Source of the DNA: Camelus dromedarius
Taxonomy: Eukaryota
Assembly: GCF_036321535.1 (NCBI RefSeq)
Contig: NC_087437.1
Location: forward strand, 95,978,001-96,042,000
Direction: 5' to 3'
DNA length: 64,000 nt
Shown: piece after piece, positions 12,866 through 24,384 of the stretch
Position numbering within the stretch: the first letter of the stretch is position 1
How the letters are laid out: the number at the start of each line of letters is the position of its first letter
Made by a program: the position numbers and the translations under genes
The notes under the pieces: model-generated
What the model saw: the letters and a program-made list of their open reading frames with translations, nothing else
Databases searched by the model: none
What the model was told of the DNA's origin: nothing

Positions 12866-14676
12866 TTGTGTTTTTCTTCTTGACTCCTTAAGCAAGGAAA
12901 CCATTTCAAATGGAAAATATCAGGGTGAGACTTATGCTTTGAGAGATTAGATTCTGATTTGGCGAGCCAATTGGAAAGCACATTTCTGTAATACAGGTAA
13001 AGTCAGTGTTAAAATATGATTTAGCTGTTCCTCTCTAACAAATTACTCTCAGTAAATTTGAGACGTGAGTATTCAGTAACCTAATAGGTTTGTTCTTCAT
13101 TTGTAAATATAGATTTGAGCAGCGGTGACTGGAAGAATTTGTGTGTCTTCCAAAATATCTTGATATTTTTCAAATAGAATTAACATCTTGTGAAAAGAAG
13201 GATTTGGGTATTATTGTACCTACATAAACATCATGGGACATAATTACTTTGGTCTTTACAAGGCACAGAGAGTCAGTCTAATTTCTTGGATTCAATATTA
13301 ACACAAAAATTTCAGCCCTTCCCTGAGTCTCACAGAAATATTTTTTAAAATTTGTTTATATTTTTAAATATATCCCATTCATGAAACATTTACATTTGAA
13401 TAATAAAAGGTAACCTTCTAGACTCTAGTAAAAAGGGAGTCTTTGAATTAAAGATATTGAGAAAATAATTTATAAAACATTTCTCTTTTAGCCTCAAATG
13501 TAGGAAAAATTTGGCTGCCCCAAACATATCCTTTAAGCCTACATATTCAAAATTAAGAATTTATTTTAATTTCAATTTCAGTTCACTCTAAAATTTTATT
13601 TTATTTCTGAAGCAAAAGAAAATATTTCTAGTTAGTTCTGAATTATCACAGAAAGGCTTGTTCTCCTCACTACATCCTCACTGATTTTGCCACCAGTATA
13701 ATGTTCTCCCATCCTGCTCCAAAGGGGAACATAGAAGGCTACAGGGTCCACCAGATGGGACTCCTTTAACGGCCTGTTGAAGAATGGGAGTCAGTCCTTT
13801 CCCTCTAGCATCCGAGCAATGTGCTGCTCTAGGAGGCCCACCGTCTGACAGCTGAAGAAGCAAGAGGCCAGGATCCAAATTACATATCAGGTGGAAATCG
13901 CATACCTGATAAGATGGCACTAAAATTGCCTGCTGGGCAATAGAGTCAGCTGTCACCAACTAGTGATGCTGTTGGAAACATGAATTCTTGACTTTTAATC
14001 ATGGCTATCTGTACTGCTTTCAGCAGAAATAAAGACTCCACTGGCCTCTCTCCCAGCAAGTGGGCAAGAAAGTGTGAGGGAAAACACAGAGCATCATCAC
14101 AAGTGGTAAAGCAATGTTTGCAGGTTGACCAGGGAATAAAGCCACCAGAAGAGAGAAGAGCTCTAGGAAACACTTTCCTACTATTGCAGAGAAAACAGTG
14201 CTTGAGAGGATACTGTGCTGGTAAAGAAGATAACAGTGGCTTGTGATTATTCTAACAGAACCACAGTAGTAGATCGCTCCCAAGGAGATGTATTCATTCC
14301 CTATTAGCTGGGAAAGAATGTCTCTCTTTCTTGTGAAAGAAATGCATATAACAATGCAAAATAGTGTATTGGCCGTTCCAATTATTTGTTATAACCATGA
14401 AGTAACTGTTTGGGGTCAGCACACATAATAATTTATGTGTTCAAAGCCTAAGTATAGCCTTCAAATCTAGCCTTCAAAGGACAACTACATATTGATTCAA
14501 TTTCTAGCTACAGATTTTTGTCACTGTGTCCTATAACAACAAATGTATTTAATTACTGAAACTTAGGGATTGTTTCTGGATAATAACACATAGCTACACA
14601 GCTCTTGAGTTTAGTTCTTATTTAGTGATGATTCAGTTATTAGAGTAATTCAACTAATGTTTACATTTTACCAAGA

Positions 14677-14895
14677 GACAGTGGGTTTACTAGAAAGTGT
14701 TCAGACTTTGAAATAAGTTAGAAATATCTATATTCAAATCTTTGCTCAACCGTGATTTGATGACAAGTTATTTTCTATAAGGCTTAATTTCCTCATTCAT
14801 AAATTTAGGATTTTGGGGAGACACAGGTTTGTAAGAAATAAAATAATAAATTTTAAGTTCCTAGCACATAGCAAGCAGGGGTTCAATGTATGCTA
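14677..14895 (+). mobile_element. MIR SINE
   Basis: GACAAGTTATTTTCTATAAGGCTTAATTTCCTCATTCATAAA core and an AGTTCCTAGCACATAGCAAG 3' segment. Confidence 0.7.
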
Positions 14896-14975
14896 CGTGG
14901 TAGCCATGACTATTCTGTGGTTGTAGTGTTATTATTCTGTGGTTGCAGGTGGAAGTAGGAATCATGGTAAGAGGG

Positions 14976-15473
14976 TGTATTTGTTTTACATTACTGCTGT
15001 GACAATGCCACAAACTTAGTGGCTTAAACACCACAAATGTTTTTATCTCCTAATTCTGAATATCAGAAGCTCAACCCAATCTCACAGGGCTATGATCAAA
15101 GCATCGGCGGGTGTATCTCTTTCTGGAGGCTCTAGGAGAATCCTTGTTGCCCTTTGCAGTTTCAAGCAGTGGCCCACATTCCCGGCTCACGGCCCCCTTC
15201 CTCCATCTTCAAAGCCAGCAATGTCAGCAGAGTTCTTTTCCTTCCGCTGTCTCTCTGGTTCTCACCTCTACCTGCCCCTCCCACTTCTAAGGGTCTTCGT
15301 GATGGTCTTGCGCCCACCCAGATAATCCAGGGTAATCTCCTTATGTAAGACCAGTTTATTAGCAATTTACATTCCTATTGCAACCTCCATTGCCCTTTGC
15401 TGTGTAACCTAAAATAGTCACAGCTCCCAGAATTAGGACATGGACTTTGGGGGCCATTATTCTGTCTACCACA
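14976..15473 (-). mobile_element. MaLR solo LTR, MLT1D-like, full length
   Basis: TGTAT...CCACAAACTTAGTGGCTTAAA at one end and ATTAGGACATGGACTTTGGGGGCCATTATTCTGTCTACCACA at the other. Degenerate 5-bp TSD GAGGG/GATGG. Confidence 0.9.
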
Positions 15474-16449
15474 GATGGCTGCAGATACACATAACACCTG
15501 GACTGTGCAAATACAAAGTCAGATACATGATTCCAATTGTCATTCTGACTGTTTATGCTGTCTGAATTATTGCTGAGAAAAACAGATTGGTCTAGTTATG
15601 GCCTGAAGCCTTACAAAATGGAAATCCCGCTTTCTTCTTTTCATGACTGAATCATAATTCCACTTTCTAGTGATGTCCCCGTATTTCCCATCTATCAATA
15701 ATAGGCCTGTTATAAACATATATACCCACCTGAAATATCTGTCCTTGCTTAGGGTAAATCAATATTAATTTCATTTCGGGGCTTTCATCAGATCAAAAAG
15801 AGGAGAGAGGAATACAGCTTTTTCCTTTCTCTTTTTTTTTTTTTTTTGACCTTAATCAAGCCTCAGGGGGAAAAAATCTATTTGATGTATGTATTTATGG
15901 CACATAAAAAAGGGTAAAATGAAAGTCAGTCATTCTTCTAAGCAGAATGAGATGCTTCAATTTTAGTTGTTCTTTAAGACAAGAAAAAGCATCCTTTTAA
16001 AATTCAAATTAATGTTCATTAACATTGATGTAATTCACAAATATAACTATAACTGATAACAAAAAATAAGATTTGTCCCAAATTTTGAAAACTAAATTGG
16101 TTAAAGTATATCATGGAGGCATTCTGTTACAGCTGGGGAATTTCCCTCCAAGCAACTTCTGTCTTCAGGCAAAAAGCAACAAGCCACATTTATTCTATGC
16201 CCATTGCAAATAGCACTTCTAAACCTCTCCACAGCTTTTTTGCAGCTGACTGGTTGTGATAAAGAAAATTCTTTCAGATTGCTTCAGCAGATACCGAAAC
16301 TGAACGGTGCTAATACAAAAAATTGATCAAAAGCCAGCAACCGAATCTTTGCCGTCTGAAAAACTGTGTAGTCTAAGACATTTGGGAAACCATTTGGAGA
16401 ACTGAAAAATTGAAAAAAAAAAAAAAGCCCCTCAAATTTATCTGACTTT

Positions 16450-16582
16450 CTCATTAACCATTAATGCATCCTGAGGTCTTGCTGAAATACAGATTCTGAT
16501 TCAGGAGGTCCTAGGTGGTGCCTAGGTGCCTGACAAGCCGCTAGGAGAGGTTACAGCAGGTCTGCCCTGCAGCAACACTTGG
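16450..16582. mobile_element. MER5-like hAT DNA transposon fragment
   Basis: CTTGCTGAAATACAGATTCTGATTCAGGAGGTCCTAGGTGGTGCC resembles the MER5 core. Confidence 0.65.
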
Positions 16583-16944
16583 TCCATGTGGTCCACTTCC
16601 CCATGGATTTCCCTACTTCTTTTTCTGTTAAATGTCCTTCCTGCATTTTTGTTGTCATTGTTATCTCTTTCCACAGTTTTGATAGTATTACAAGACATAC
16701 TCAATTTTATTAATGGAGTTCACAACCTGGTATGGCTCATAACCCAAATATTTATCAAATATTTGTTATACTTAACATGAAGGAAAAAAGACTGGCCTTT
16801 ACCCTTTTAAAAGGAGGTTTTTGTTGTGGTTGTTTTCAATCTGCTTTTCAAGAATTTCTGGCTTCATTTGGTAAACTATTTTATTTTTCCATCTTTTACT
16901 GTGTTAATCACTTTAAGCCAGTTATATTTGGGTTTTTTCCCTAT

Positions 16945-17310
16945 TTTTTTCTATCTTTATTGAAATAAAGTTAAAATATAACTTGGTGTAGGGTTAAGGC
17001 ATACAACATGATGATCTGATACATGTATATATTATGAAATGATTACTACGATAAGGTTAACACTTCCATCACTCACATAATTACCACTTTGCCTGAGTAT
17101 GTGTGATAAGAACATTTCAGATCTACACTCTTAGCAACTTTCAAGTACATAATGCAGTATTGTTAACTACACTTACCATTCTCTACATTAAATCCTCAGA
17201 ATTTATTCATCTTATAACTGGAAAGTTTGTGCCCTTTGACCAACATCTTCCCATTTTCCTCATCCCCCGGCCCCTGCCCATCACTGTTCTATTCTCTGTT
17301 TCTGAGTTTA
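16945..17310 (-). mobile_element. L1 3' end, L1MA9-like
   Basis: T-rich start, then CATACAACATGATG, AGATCTACACTCTTAGCAACTTTCAAGTACATAAT and TTTATTCATCTTATAACTGGAAAGTTTGTGCCCTTTGACC. Confidence 0.9.
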
Positions 17311-17844
17311 TAAGCTAGAGATATTTGAATATGTTCTATGCTCTGTACCCTATCCTGGGAATAAAAGATAAATAAGACCTTTTTATTCTTTTTAATGAGC
17401 TTGCTACCCAGCCCAAAAGGCAGAGCCATGTTTGTGAAGCTATGTCTGCTGGGAAGGGGCAGTGAATGTCACAAAATAAGTGACACTTTAACTATGCTTT
17501 GATGAAGGATAAGATTTTGCCAGCTGACATTAAAAGTAATGCAACTTAATAATAAACTTAATGAAGTGTAACATTTAATGAGGACCTAACACGGACAAGA
17601 TACAATGTTGCTCAGGAACAATGTTAGAAGTTAAATTTCTGAAGATATGATTTAATATTCAACATGCTATCTCTCCATGTATAATTATCACCATACCGTT
17701 GAAGACAAGGGTTTCGTTGCCATAACTTCTGTTATAGAAACGTTCTCCATACTCACTACCAGTTCTTGAAGATTTCTAGAACACAGGAATTGTAGACCAG
17801 AGAAGATGGGTATATTACAGAAAACTTTTAACATTGTTAAGCAT

Positions 17845-18225
17845 TCACTGTGTGGGATTTAATTGAATTGAATAGAAGGTCATGATTTTCTTTGCAGGTA
17901 CAATCTCTCTTTGACCCCTGAACCACAATGAATGAGGTTTGACAACGCTGAAGCTTCCATGCTGTGAAGGAAGCTCTAGTGTAGGCATTGCAGGTGACAG
18001 TTCTAACTGCGCCCAGCCATTGAGCCCTCCCATGTGAGTGACAATGCCTTCGATGGCTGCCCTCCACAGTCATCTCTGTCTCCCCAGCCAAGGCCCCCAG
18101 ACATATTGGAGACAAGCAGTCTCACTGTGCACTGTCCAAAGTTTGCACTGGCAAAATGCATGAGCTTAAAACAAAAATATTTTTGTTTTACTCCACTAAA
18201 TTTGAAGTGGTTTGTTGTTATGACT
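17845..18225 (+). mobile_element. Old MaLR LTR (MLT1G/H/I-like)
   Basis: CCATGCTGTGAAGGAAGC, CCCAGCCAAGGCCCCCAGACAT and the 3' signature TTGTTTTACTCCACTAAATTTGAAGTGGTTTGTT. Confidence 0.75.
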
Positions 18226-18984
18226 CTTGGCCTCCTGTCTTAATAGGCTTAGGTTTTTAAAGGCATATTTGCTTAAGTCATCATATTCTAGTCATTATAG
18301 TCTAGATGGAGTAAGCTAGTATCTGAGGGAACATATTCTTCAACAGACCTAAGGAGATATATTTTCTTTCCTGGTCATTTATCCGTTTTTATAAACCATT
18401 ACACAGAAATCAGTTTCTATAACATTAGAATTCCTTCTAGTTTTCAAGGACTTTATTTTCTTTGTTCATCTTCAAAATCCCCACAGCTGCATCCTTGACC
18501 CCTTCTACCTTTGTGCTTGTTCCCACACAAGTCAGTGTAATGGTTAGAAGAGGTTGAAAGGAGTCTAAGTAAGGATGTGCTTGCTTTCCCTTTTAGGTAC
18601 ATGACATGCCCTCCTCAGACAGTTAGTGTAGAGCAATAACCCTCTGTATTGTCCTCATAGTAAATCACTGACTTATGATGTGTATTTTTTTCTGCTGACT
18701 GTAGGAGCAGGTTGACTTACACTCCCCAGCTGGACCCTGGTGCCCAAAAGAGTCATGGGCATCATTTGTCAGAAGGGCCTTGTAGGTCCCTCCCTTAGAG
18801 CTGTGTTTCCTCTCCCATCCCCGCACTCTGATGCTGACTCTGTCCATCATCTCAGCTGGGTTCTGGATGTTCAGAAGGTGCTGCTGCCCTAGGAGGACTT
18901 TGAGAGGACCCCGTATCCATTGTGCAGGTAGATAAGAGTAGGAAGATGTAAGAAAAGAAGATCTCATGGTAACCATATGGCCTT

Positions 18985-19175
18985 TGAAACTGTACTGTTA
19001 AGATTCATATCTCAGTTTCATAACTTATGTGTTATATGGCCTTGGGCAGGTTAGTCCCATTTTCTGTTCAATGGATATGATGTTATAAGAGTTCCTGTTA
19101 TGCAGCGTATTGTGATGACTTTTAAATTACACAAAACACGTAAGTGACTGGCACATAGTCTCTGCTTTAAAGCAA
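18985..19175 (+). mobile_element. MIR SINE
   Basis: TATGGCCTTGGGCAGGTTA core and a GTGACTGGCACATAGT tail. Confidence 0.65.
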
Positions 19176-20231
19176 TGTTTGCTCTCATCAAGGGCCTCCA
19201 GTGTAATGGAGGTGGTTCTTTTTTCTCATCTGCACATCCTCTGTTTTATCTCTCCATTCCCCTAAACTTTGATTCTTACCATATTTGGTTTTCTGTTATT
19301 TTTTTACATTCTTTTTTTTTTCCATTCTTCATAAAAACTCTGTTGTGTTTGATGACATTTGATTTACAGAAGCAAAGCTTTCTATCCTTTTCTCCAACAT
19401 AGTGACCAGCTTGCTGGCACTTAATGCAGATGTGGTTATCATAAGTACAAAGACCCAGTTCAAATGAACCCTTATTTTTCTGTGCCCATTGTTAGGGTGA
19501 GCTTTAACTTGAAAGATAACCCTGTTGGGTTTCACTGCTTAATTTCTTAAACCAATTACTTCTCTAACCAGGCACAATTATCTTTTGGACACACTGATTT
19601 GTTCCCAGGTTCAAAGATATTTTAAAAACAATACCCTTCTTGCGCTCTTCTAAAGTTAACTGTGCTTTAGAACAAAGCTAAGGCTGTGAACAGAATTATA
19701 TTATGTGACAAGTCTATTTTAATTTCCCGGAAATAACCATGATTTCGCAAGGTTGCTCAATCCCTTGCAGATTGCAAACAAAGCCAAAACCCTGGAATGA
19801 CTTAGTATAACACCTTTTCTCACCTTCTTCAGCAAGGGCAACTTCAGCTCTGTCACTGCTGGATTCATTTTTCAGGTGGTAGGATATATTTTTCATAAGA
19901 CAGTGATCTCTATAATTCCTAGTCATATACCAGATTCATATCTTAGAAATCTGCTGAAAATTACTGAAGAAAATCATTCTGAAAATTACTGGTCATAGAT
20001 TTATCAGGTGTGTGATTAAAACACAAATCAAAGGGAAATTGTTTACTGATGCCCTTTAATAAAGTTACAAACCACAAGCAGTCAGCTATCTTTTGGAAAA
20101 TAAATAATAATAAAAAAATACATCAAGTTTAGAAATGAATCCTTCATTTGTCTTGTGTGTTAAAGTCATATAATTTTATTTCTATCTAAATTAAAATATT
20201 TTATTGTCTCATTTTTCTCCTATACATTTCA

Positions 20232-23112
20232 AATTAATTTTATTAAGGTGTAATTTACCTATAATAACGTGTATCCATTTTAAGAGTATAGTTCTATAAG
20301 TGTTGGCAAATGTGTACAGCTGGGTGATCATCAACACAAACTAGAATATTTCTAGCTTTCTAAAATGTTCCCACATGCTTTTATTGTTAGTCTCTCCCTG
20401 ACCCACTTCTAGCCCCAGACAAGCCATTAACTGATCTATTTATGTCACGATAGATTAGATTTATTTTTCTAGGAGAATTATATGTATGTTTTATGTCTGG
20501 CTTCTATTGCTCAGAATAAGTTTTTGACATTTATTCACATTGTGTATTATCATTAGTTCATTCCTTTCCCTTGCTGAATGGTATTCCTAGTATGAATATA
20601 ATACCATTTGTTTATCTGTTCATGTGTTGATAGGCATTTATGTTATTTACAATATTTGCTATTAGGAATAATACTGCTATGAATATTCAGTCCAAGTTTC
20701 TGTGAAATCATAGGTGTTTCTTTTTTCTGAATAATTACTTAGTAGTGAAATTGTTGGACCTTTTAAGTGTATGTTTAACTTTATAAGAAAATGTGAAAGT
20801 ATTTTCCAAAGTGGTGGAACCAATGAAAATTCCTGAGAGCAAAGTCTAATAGTTCCATTTTCTCAACACTTCTATTTTTCTTAGATGTTCATGTGAACAT
20901 ATTATGGTATCTAACTTTGCTTTAAATTTGCACTTCCCTGTTAATTAATGTTAGGCATATTTCTATGAATTAATCATCTGTGCATCTTCCTTTGTGAAGT
21001 GTTTATTTAAACCTTTTGCCCATTTTAAAATTGTTTTTGTCTTTTTATTATTGATTTGTAGAAGGTTTTTATATTTTATGAATACACATGCTTTGTCAGA
21101 TATTTGTACTAAAAAGATTCTCTCCTAACCTGTTACTTACTTTTCATTTGTTAATGATGTCTTCGAAGAGCAAAAGTTATTGATTTTAATATAATGTTCA
21201 ATTGGGTTTTCCTTTTGTAGTTAGTGCTTTTTTTTTGTCCTCTCTAAAAAAATCTTTACCTAACTCAATGTTACACTATATTCTCCCATATTTTCTTTTA
21301 GATGTTTTTTGTTTTAGCACTTAATTTTAAGTATGTGAACAATGTCTAGTTATTTTTGCATTTGAAGTGAGATAAGGGTCAAGGATCATATTTTGAAGAT
21401 GGATATCTAATTGTTCCAATACCATTTGATGAAGATTATTCTTTCCTCCATTGAATTACTCTTGTTAAAAATCAATTGACTGTATATATGTGGGTCAGGG
21501 TCTGGACTCTCTATTCTAGTCCACTGATACAGTTGTCTGTACTTGTACCAGTACCTCACTTGTTTTGATTGCTGTAACTTCGTAAGTCTTGCTATCAGGT
21601 AGTGTACATCCTCCCGTTTTTATTCCCTTTCAAAATTGTGTTGGACTTTCTGAGTTCTTTGAATTTCCATATGGATTTTAGAAGCAATTTTTGTTTATTT
21701 TTACAAAAAAGAAAATCTCTAATCATGCTTTTATTTTGATTAGCATTGTAATACATCTATAAATCAATTTGGAGAAAATTGACATCTTAACATTAAACAT
21801 TCCAGTCCATTAACATGGTATTTTATCTACATGTTATTTAGACTTCATGTAATTTCTCTCAGCAGTGTTTTATAGTTTCCAGTGTACAAGTCTAACATAC
21901 ATTTTTTTCTGTTTATACTTAAATTTTTTAATTTTAGATATTATTTTAAATAGTATTATGTTTATAATTTTATTCTCCAATTCATTGCTATTATATTAAA
22001 ACACAATTGTCCTTGTATATTAAACTTGTGTCTTGCCAACTTTGCTAATCTCAAATATTTGTTCAAGTAGCATAGTAGCTATTTTGTAGATATTGTAGAA
22101 TTTTTCATGTACACAATTATGTCTACTGTAAATAAAGGCAACTATACTTTTTTTTTTCCAAAATGCTTTTTTCTTCTTTTCACTCACTTACTAAACATTC
22201 AAGCACAGTGTTGAAGAAAAGTGGTAAAAACAGAATTTTTTTGGCCTTCTTCCCAATCCTAATGGTTAGCAAGTTGAAGGGTAGACAAAAACCATTCAGC
22301 CTTTCATCAGTAAGTTTGGTGTTAGCTGTTGATTTTTCATAGATGCCCTTTATCAAGCTGGGGATATGCTAAGAAGTTTTTTTGTTTACTGAAAATGGAT
22401 GCTAAATTTTTTCAAATGCTTTGGCTTGCATCTATTGAAAAAATTATATGATTTTTCCCCATTATTTTATTAATATCATGTATTACTTTAACACTTGTTG
22501 AATGTTAAACCAATCTTGCATTCCCAAGGTAAATCTCACTTGGTCATAATGTGTTAAGAACTTTGCGTTTTGCTGGATTTGCTTTGCTAATATTTTGTGA
22601 AGAGTTTTGATTCTGTATTTACGAGGGAAAACTTTTCCTTTCATATGACATCTTTCTTTGGTTTGGTTGTCAGGATAATGCTGACCACATAAAATGAGGT
22701 GGGAAGTGCTTCCTCTTATTTCCTGAAATAGCCATGTACACTGAGATCATTTATTCCTTAAATGCTGGATGGAATTCTGTCACCGAGGCCATTTGAACAT
22801 GAAGTTAGCTTTATGAGAGGGATTTTTAAGTTATGAATTCAATTCCTTTAATAGATTTGGGGCAGCTTAGTTTTTCTGTTTCTTCTTGTCAGTTATAGTA
22901 ATTTATGGATTTCTTTCTTTCCAGGAATTTGTCCATTTTATCTAATTTATTAAATTAAAAAAATTATCTATTCCTTTACTATCTTTAATGACTTTTAGAA
23001 CTACGAGATACCCCTTCTTTTATTCCTAGTACTGATGACTTGTATATATTATTTTTTTCTTAATCAGTCTACCCGCAGGTTTATCAGATTACTCATTTAA
23101 AAAACCAGGTGT
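20232..23112 (-). mobile_element. Old L1 (L1ME1/L1MB-like), 3' UTR through the ORF2 RT region, antisense
   Basis: Continuous ~2.9 kb antisense L1. 3' UTR at 20232-20750, then ORF2 landmarks GGATATCTAATTGTTCCAATACCATTTG, AAATCAATTTGGAGAAAATTGACATCTTAAC and TGCATCTATTGA. Many stops and indels. Confidence 0.92.
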
Positions 23113-23115
23113 TTA

Positions 23116-23248
23116 GGGCGGAGGGTATAGCTCAGTGGTAGAGTGCGTGCCTAGTAGGCACGAGGTCCTAGGTTCAATCCCCAGTACCTCTATTTAAATA
23201 AACAAACAAACAAATGAAACTAATTACCTCCCCCCTCCAAAAAAAAAC
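23116..23248 (+). mobile_element. tRNA-derived SINE, camelid Vic-1-like
   Basis: GGAGGGTATAGCTCAGTGGTAGAG (A box), GGTTCAATCCCC (B box), CAGTACCTC, then an AT-rich spacer, CTAATTACCTCCCCC and poly(A). Confidence 0.9.
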
Positions 23249-23249
23249 A

Positions 23250-23560
23250 TAGTAAAGTTCACAAATCTTAAACATAGTTCTTAAGAAATGTACAAATGAA
23301 TACACTCATATAACCACCACGCTGGTTCAGGTATATAATATTACCAGCAAACAGAAGCCTCCCTCATCATCTTCTAGTCAATATTTTCCCAAAGTTAACT
23401 ACTCTTATAACTTCCACCACCCTTAATTGGTTTTGCCTGGTTTGGAATCTCATAAATGGAATCATACAAAATACACTTTTATGTGCCTGGCTTCTTTGGC
23501 TCTATTTATTTGCAAGATTCATTCATGTTATCATGAATAGCAGCAGTTCAATTTCCCAAG
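23250..23560 (-). mobile_element. Separate L1ME-type 3' UTR fragment
   Basis: CATATAACCACCAC...GAAGCCTCCCTCAT...TTTTGCCTGGTTTGGAATCTCATAAATGGAATCATACA...TGGCTTCTTT. Confidence 0.75.
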
Positions 23561-23677
23561 TTAAAAAAATAAGCAAATGCATAAAAAACAGCCTCTGGGT
23601 TTCCTGTCTTTTTATGGACTGTTCTTTACTACCATCTTCTCACTTATTTTTGTGTAAATATCCAGTTACATTCTAAA

Positions 23678-23775
23678 ACTCTGGAGGGTAGAGAATATTT
23701 TCTGTGCTTCCCTTACAATAGCTACACAGTCCTGAGCACCTGGTTAATGTTAGTGAAGATTTATTGACCTGACTG
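23678..23775 (+). mobile_element. L2 3' end fragment
   Basis: CTCTGGAGGGTAGAGA...ACAGTCCTGAGCACCTGGT...TTTATTGACCTGACTG resembles the L2 terminus. Confidence 0.5.
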
Positions 23776-23807
23776 GGATGATCAGAATTCTTTAGGATTT
23801 TATCACT

Positions 23808-24030
23808 GAAGTGGAAAGAGAACAAGGCTTGGCATTAAAGACCAATATTGAGTCTCCTCTACTTATTATCTTACTGACTTTGGATAAATCACTTAATTTT
23901 TTTGTTTCACTTTCTTTTCCTTAAAGTGGGAATAATATGACTTGCCTTACCCTGTTCCTAGTACAGTGAGAATTCAGTACATATACACAAAAGTACTTTG
24001 TCATTAGTAATCCAACAAATTCTTTACAAA
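23808..24030 (+). mobile_element. MIR SINE
   Basis: GACTTTGGATAAATCACTTAATTTTTTTGTTTCACTTTCTTTTCCTTAAAGTGGGAATAAT core. Confidence 0.7.
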
Positions 24031-24384
24031 TATTTTATTAGTAAATGAAGCACTGACTTTTCTGACTCAAATCTTAAAATGTAATGGAATCCCTGGCTGT
24101 CATTTTCTGGCAAATCTGCCTGAATCCAACTGGGCAGGTGACGGGAAATGAGCAGGCTGGGCTGAGTCCATCTACAAATACGTCATGACACAATGTAGTG
24201 CGATGATGGGGCAGTGTGAAAAGGTGGAAAGAAGTGGAAAGTCCACCATGGGATGTGTATGATGGTTCATAAAATACAATGTTATTATAAAACATTGTCA
24301 TAGTACCAATTCAAAGCATTCAAAATTTTTATTCATTTTTAAAATTTACGTATAGTAAAACTTAGGCTTTTGGGGGGGGTGGAG

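Noticed and set aside
13885..13911. Inverted repeat TATCAGGT-N11-ACCTGATA
   Set aside because: Only 8 bp per arm. Many such repeats are expected by chance in 64 kb.
14911..14945. 13-bp direct repeat TATTCTGTGGTTG (similar short duplications near 19954-19991, 25167-25198 and 59856-59882)
   Set aside because: Two-copy slippage duplications. No array or spacer structure, so not CRISPR-like or a minisatellite.
18721..18889. Possible minus-strand exon ending at a GTAAGT donor within a 103-aa ORF
   Set aside because: Weak acceptor, unrecognisable peptide and no partner exons. Indistinguishable from a pseudo-exon.
19818..19985. Minus-strand GAAG|GTGAGA donor with several upstream TTTTCAG acceptors
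   Set aside because: A stop codon lies between the acceptors and the open frame, and there is no other support.
23120..23190. tRNA-like sequence with A and B boxes (also at 59667-59740 and on the minus strand near 37070-37140)
   Set aside because: These are SINE heads: they are followed by a SINE body and A-rich tail, one has a TSD, and the acceptor stem does not close.
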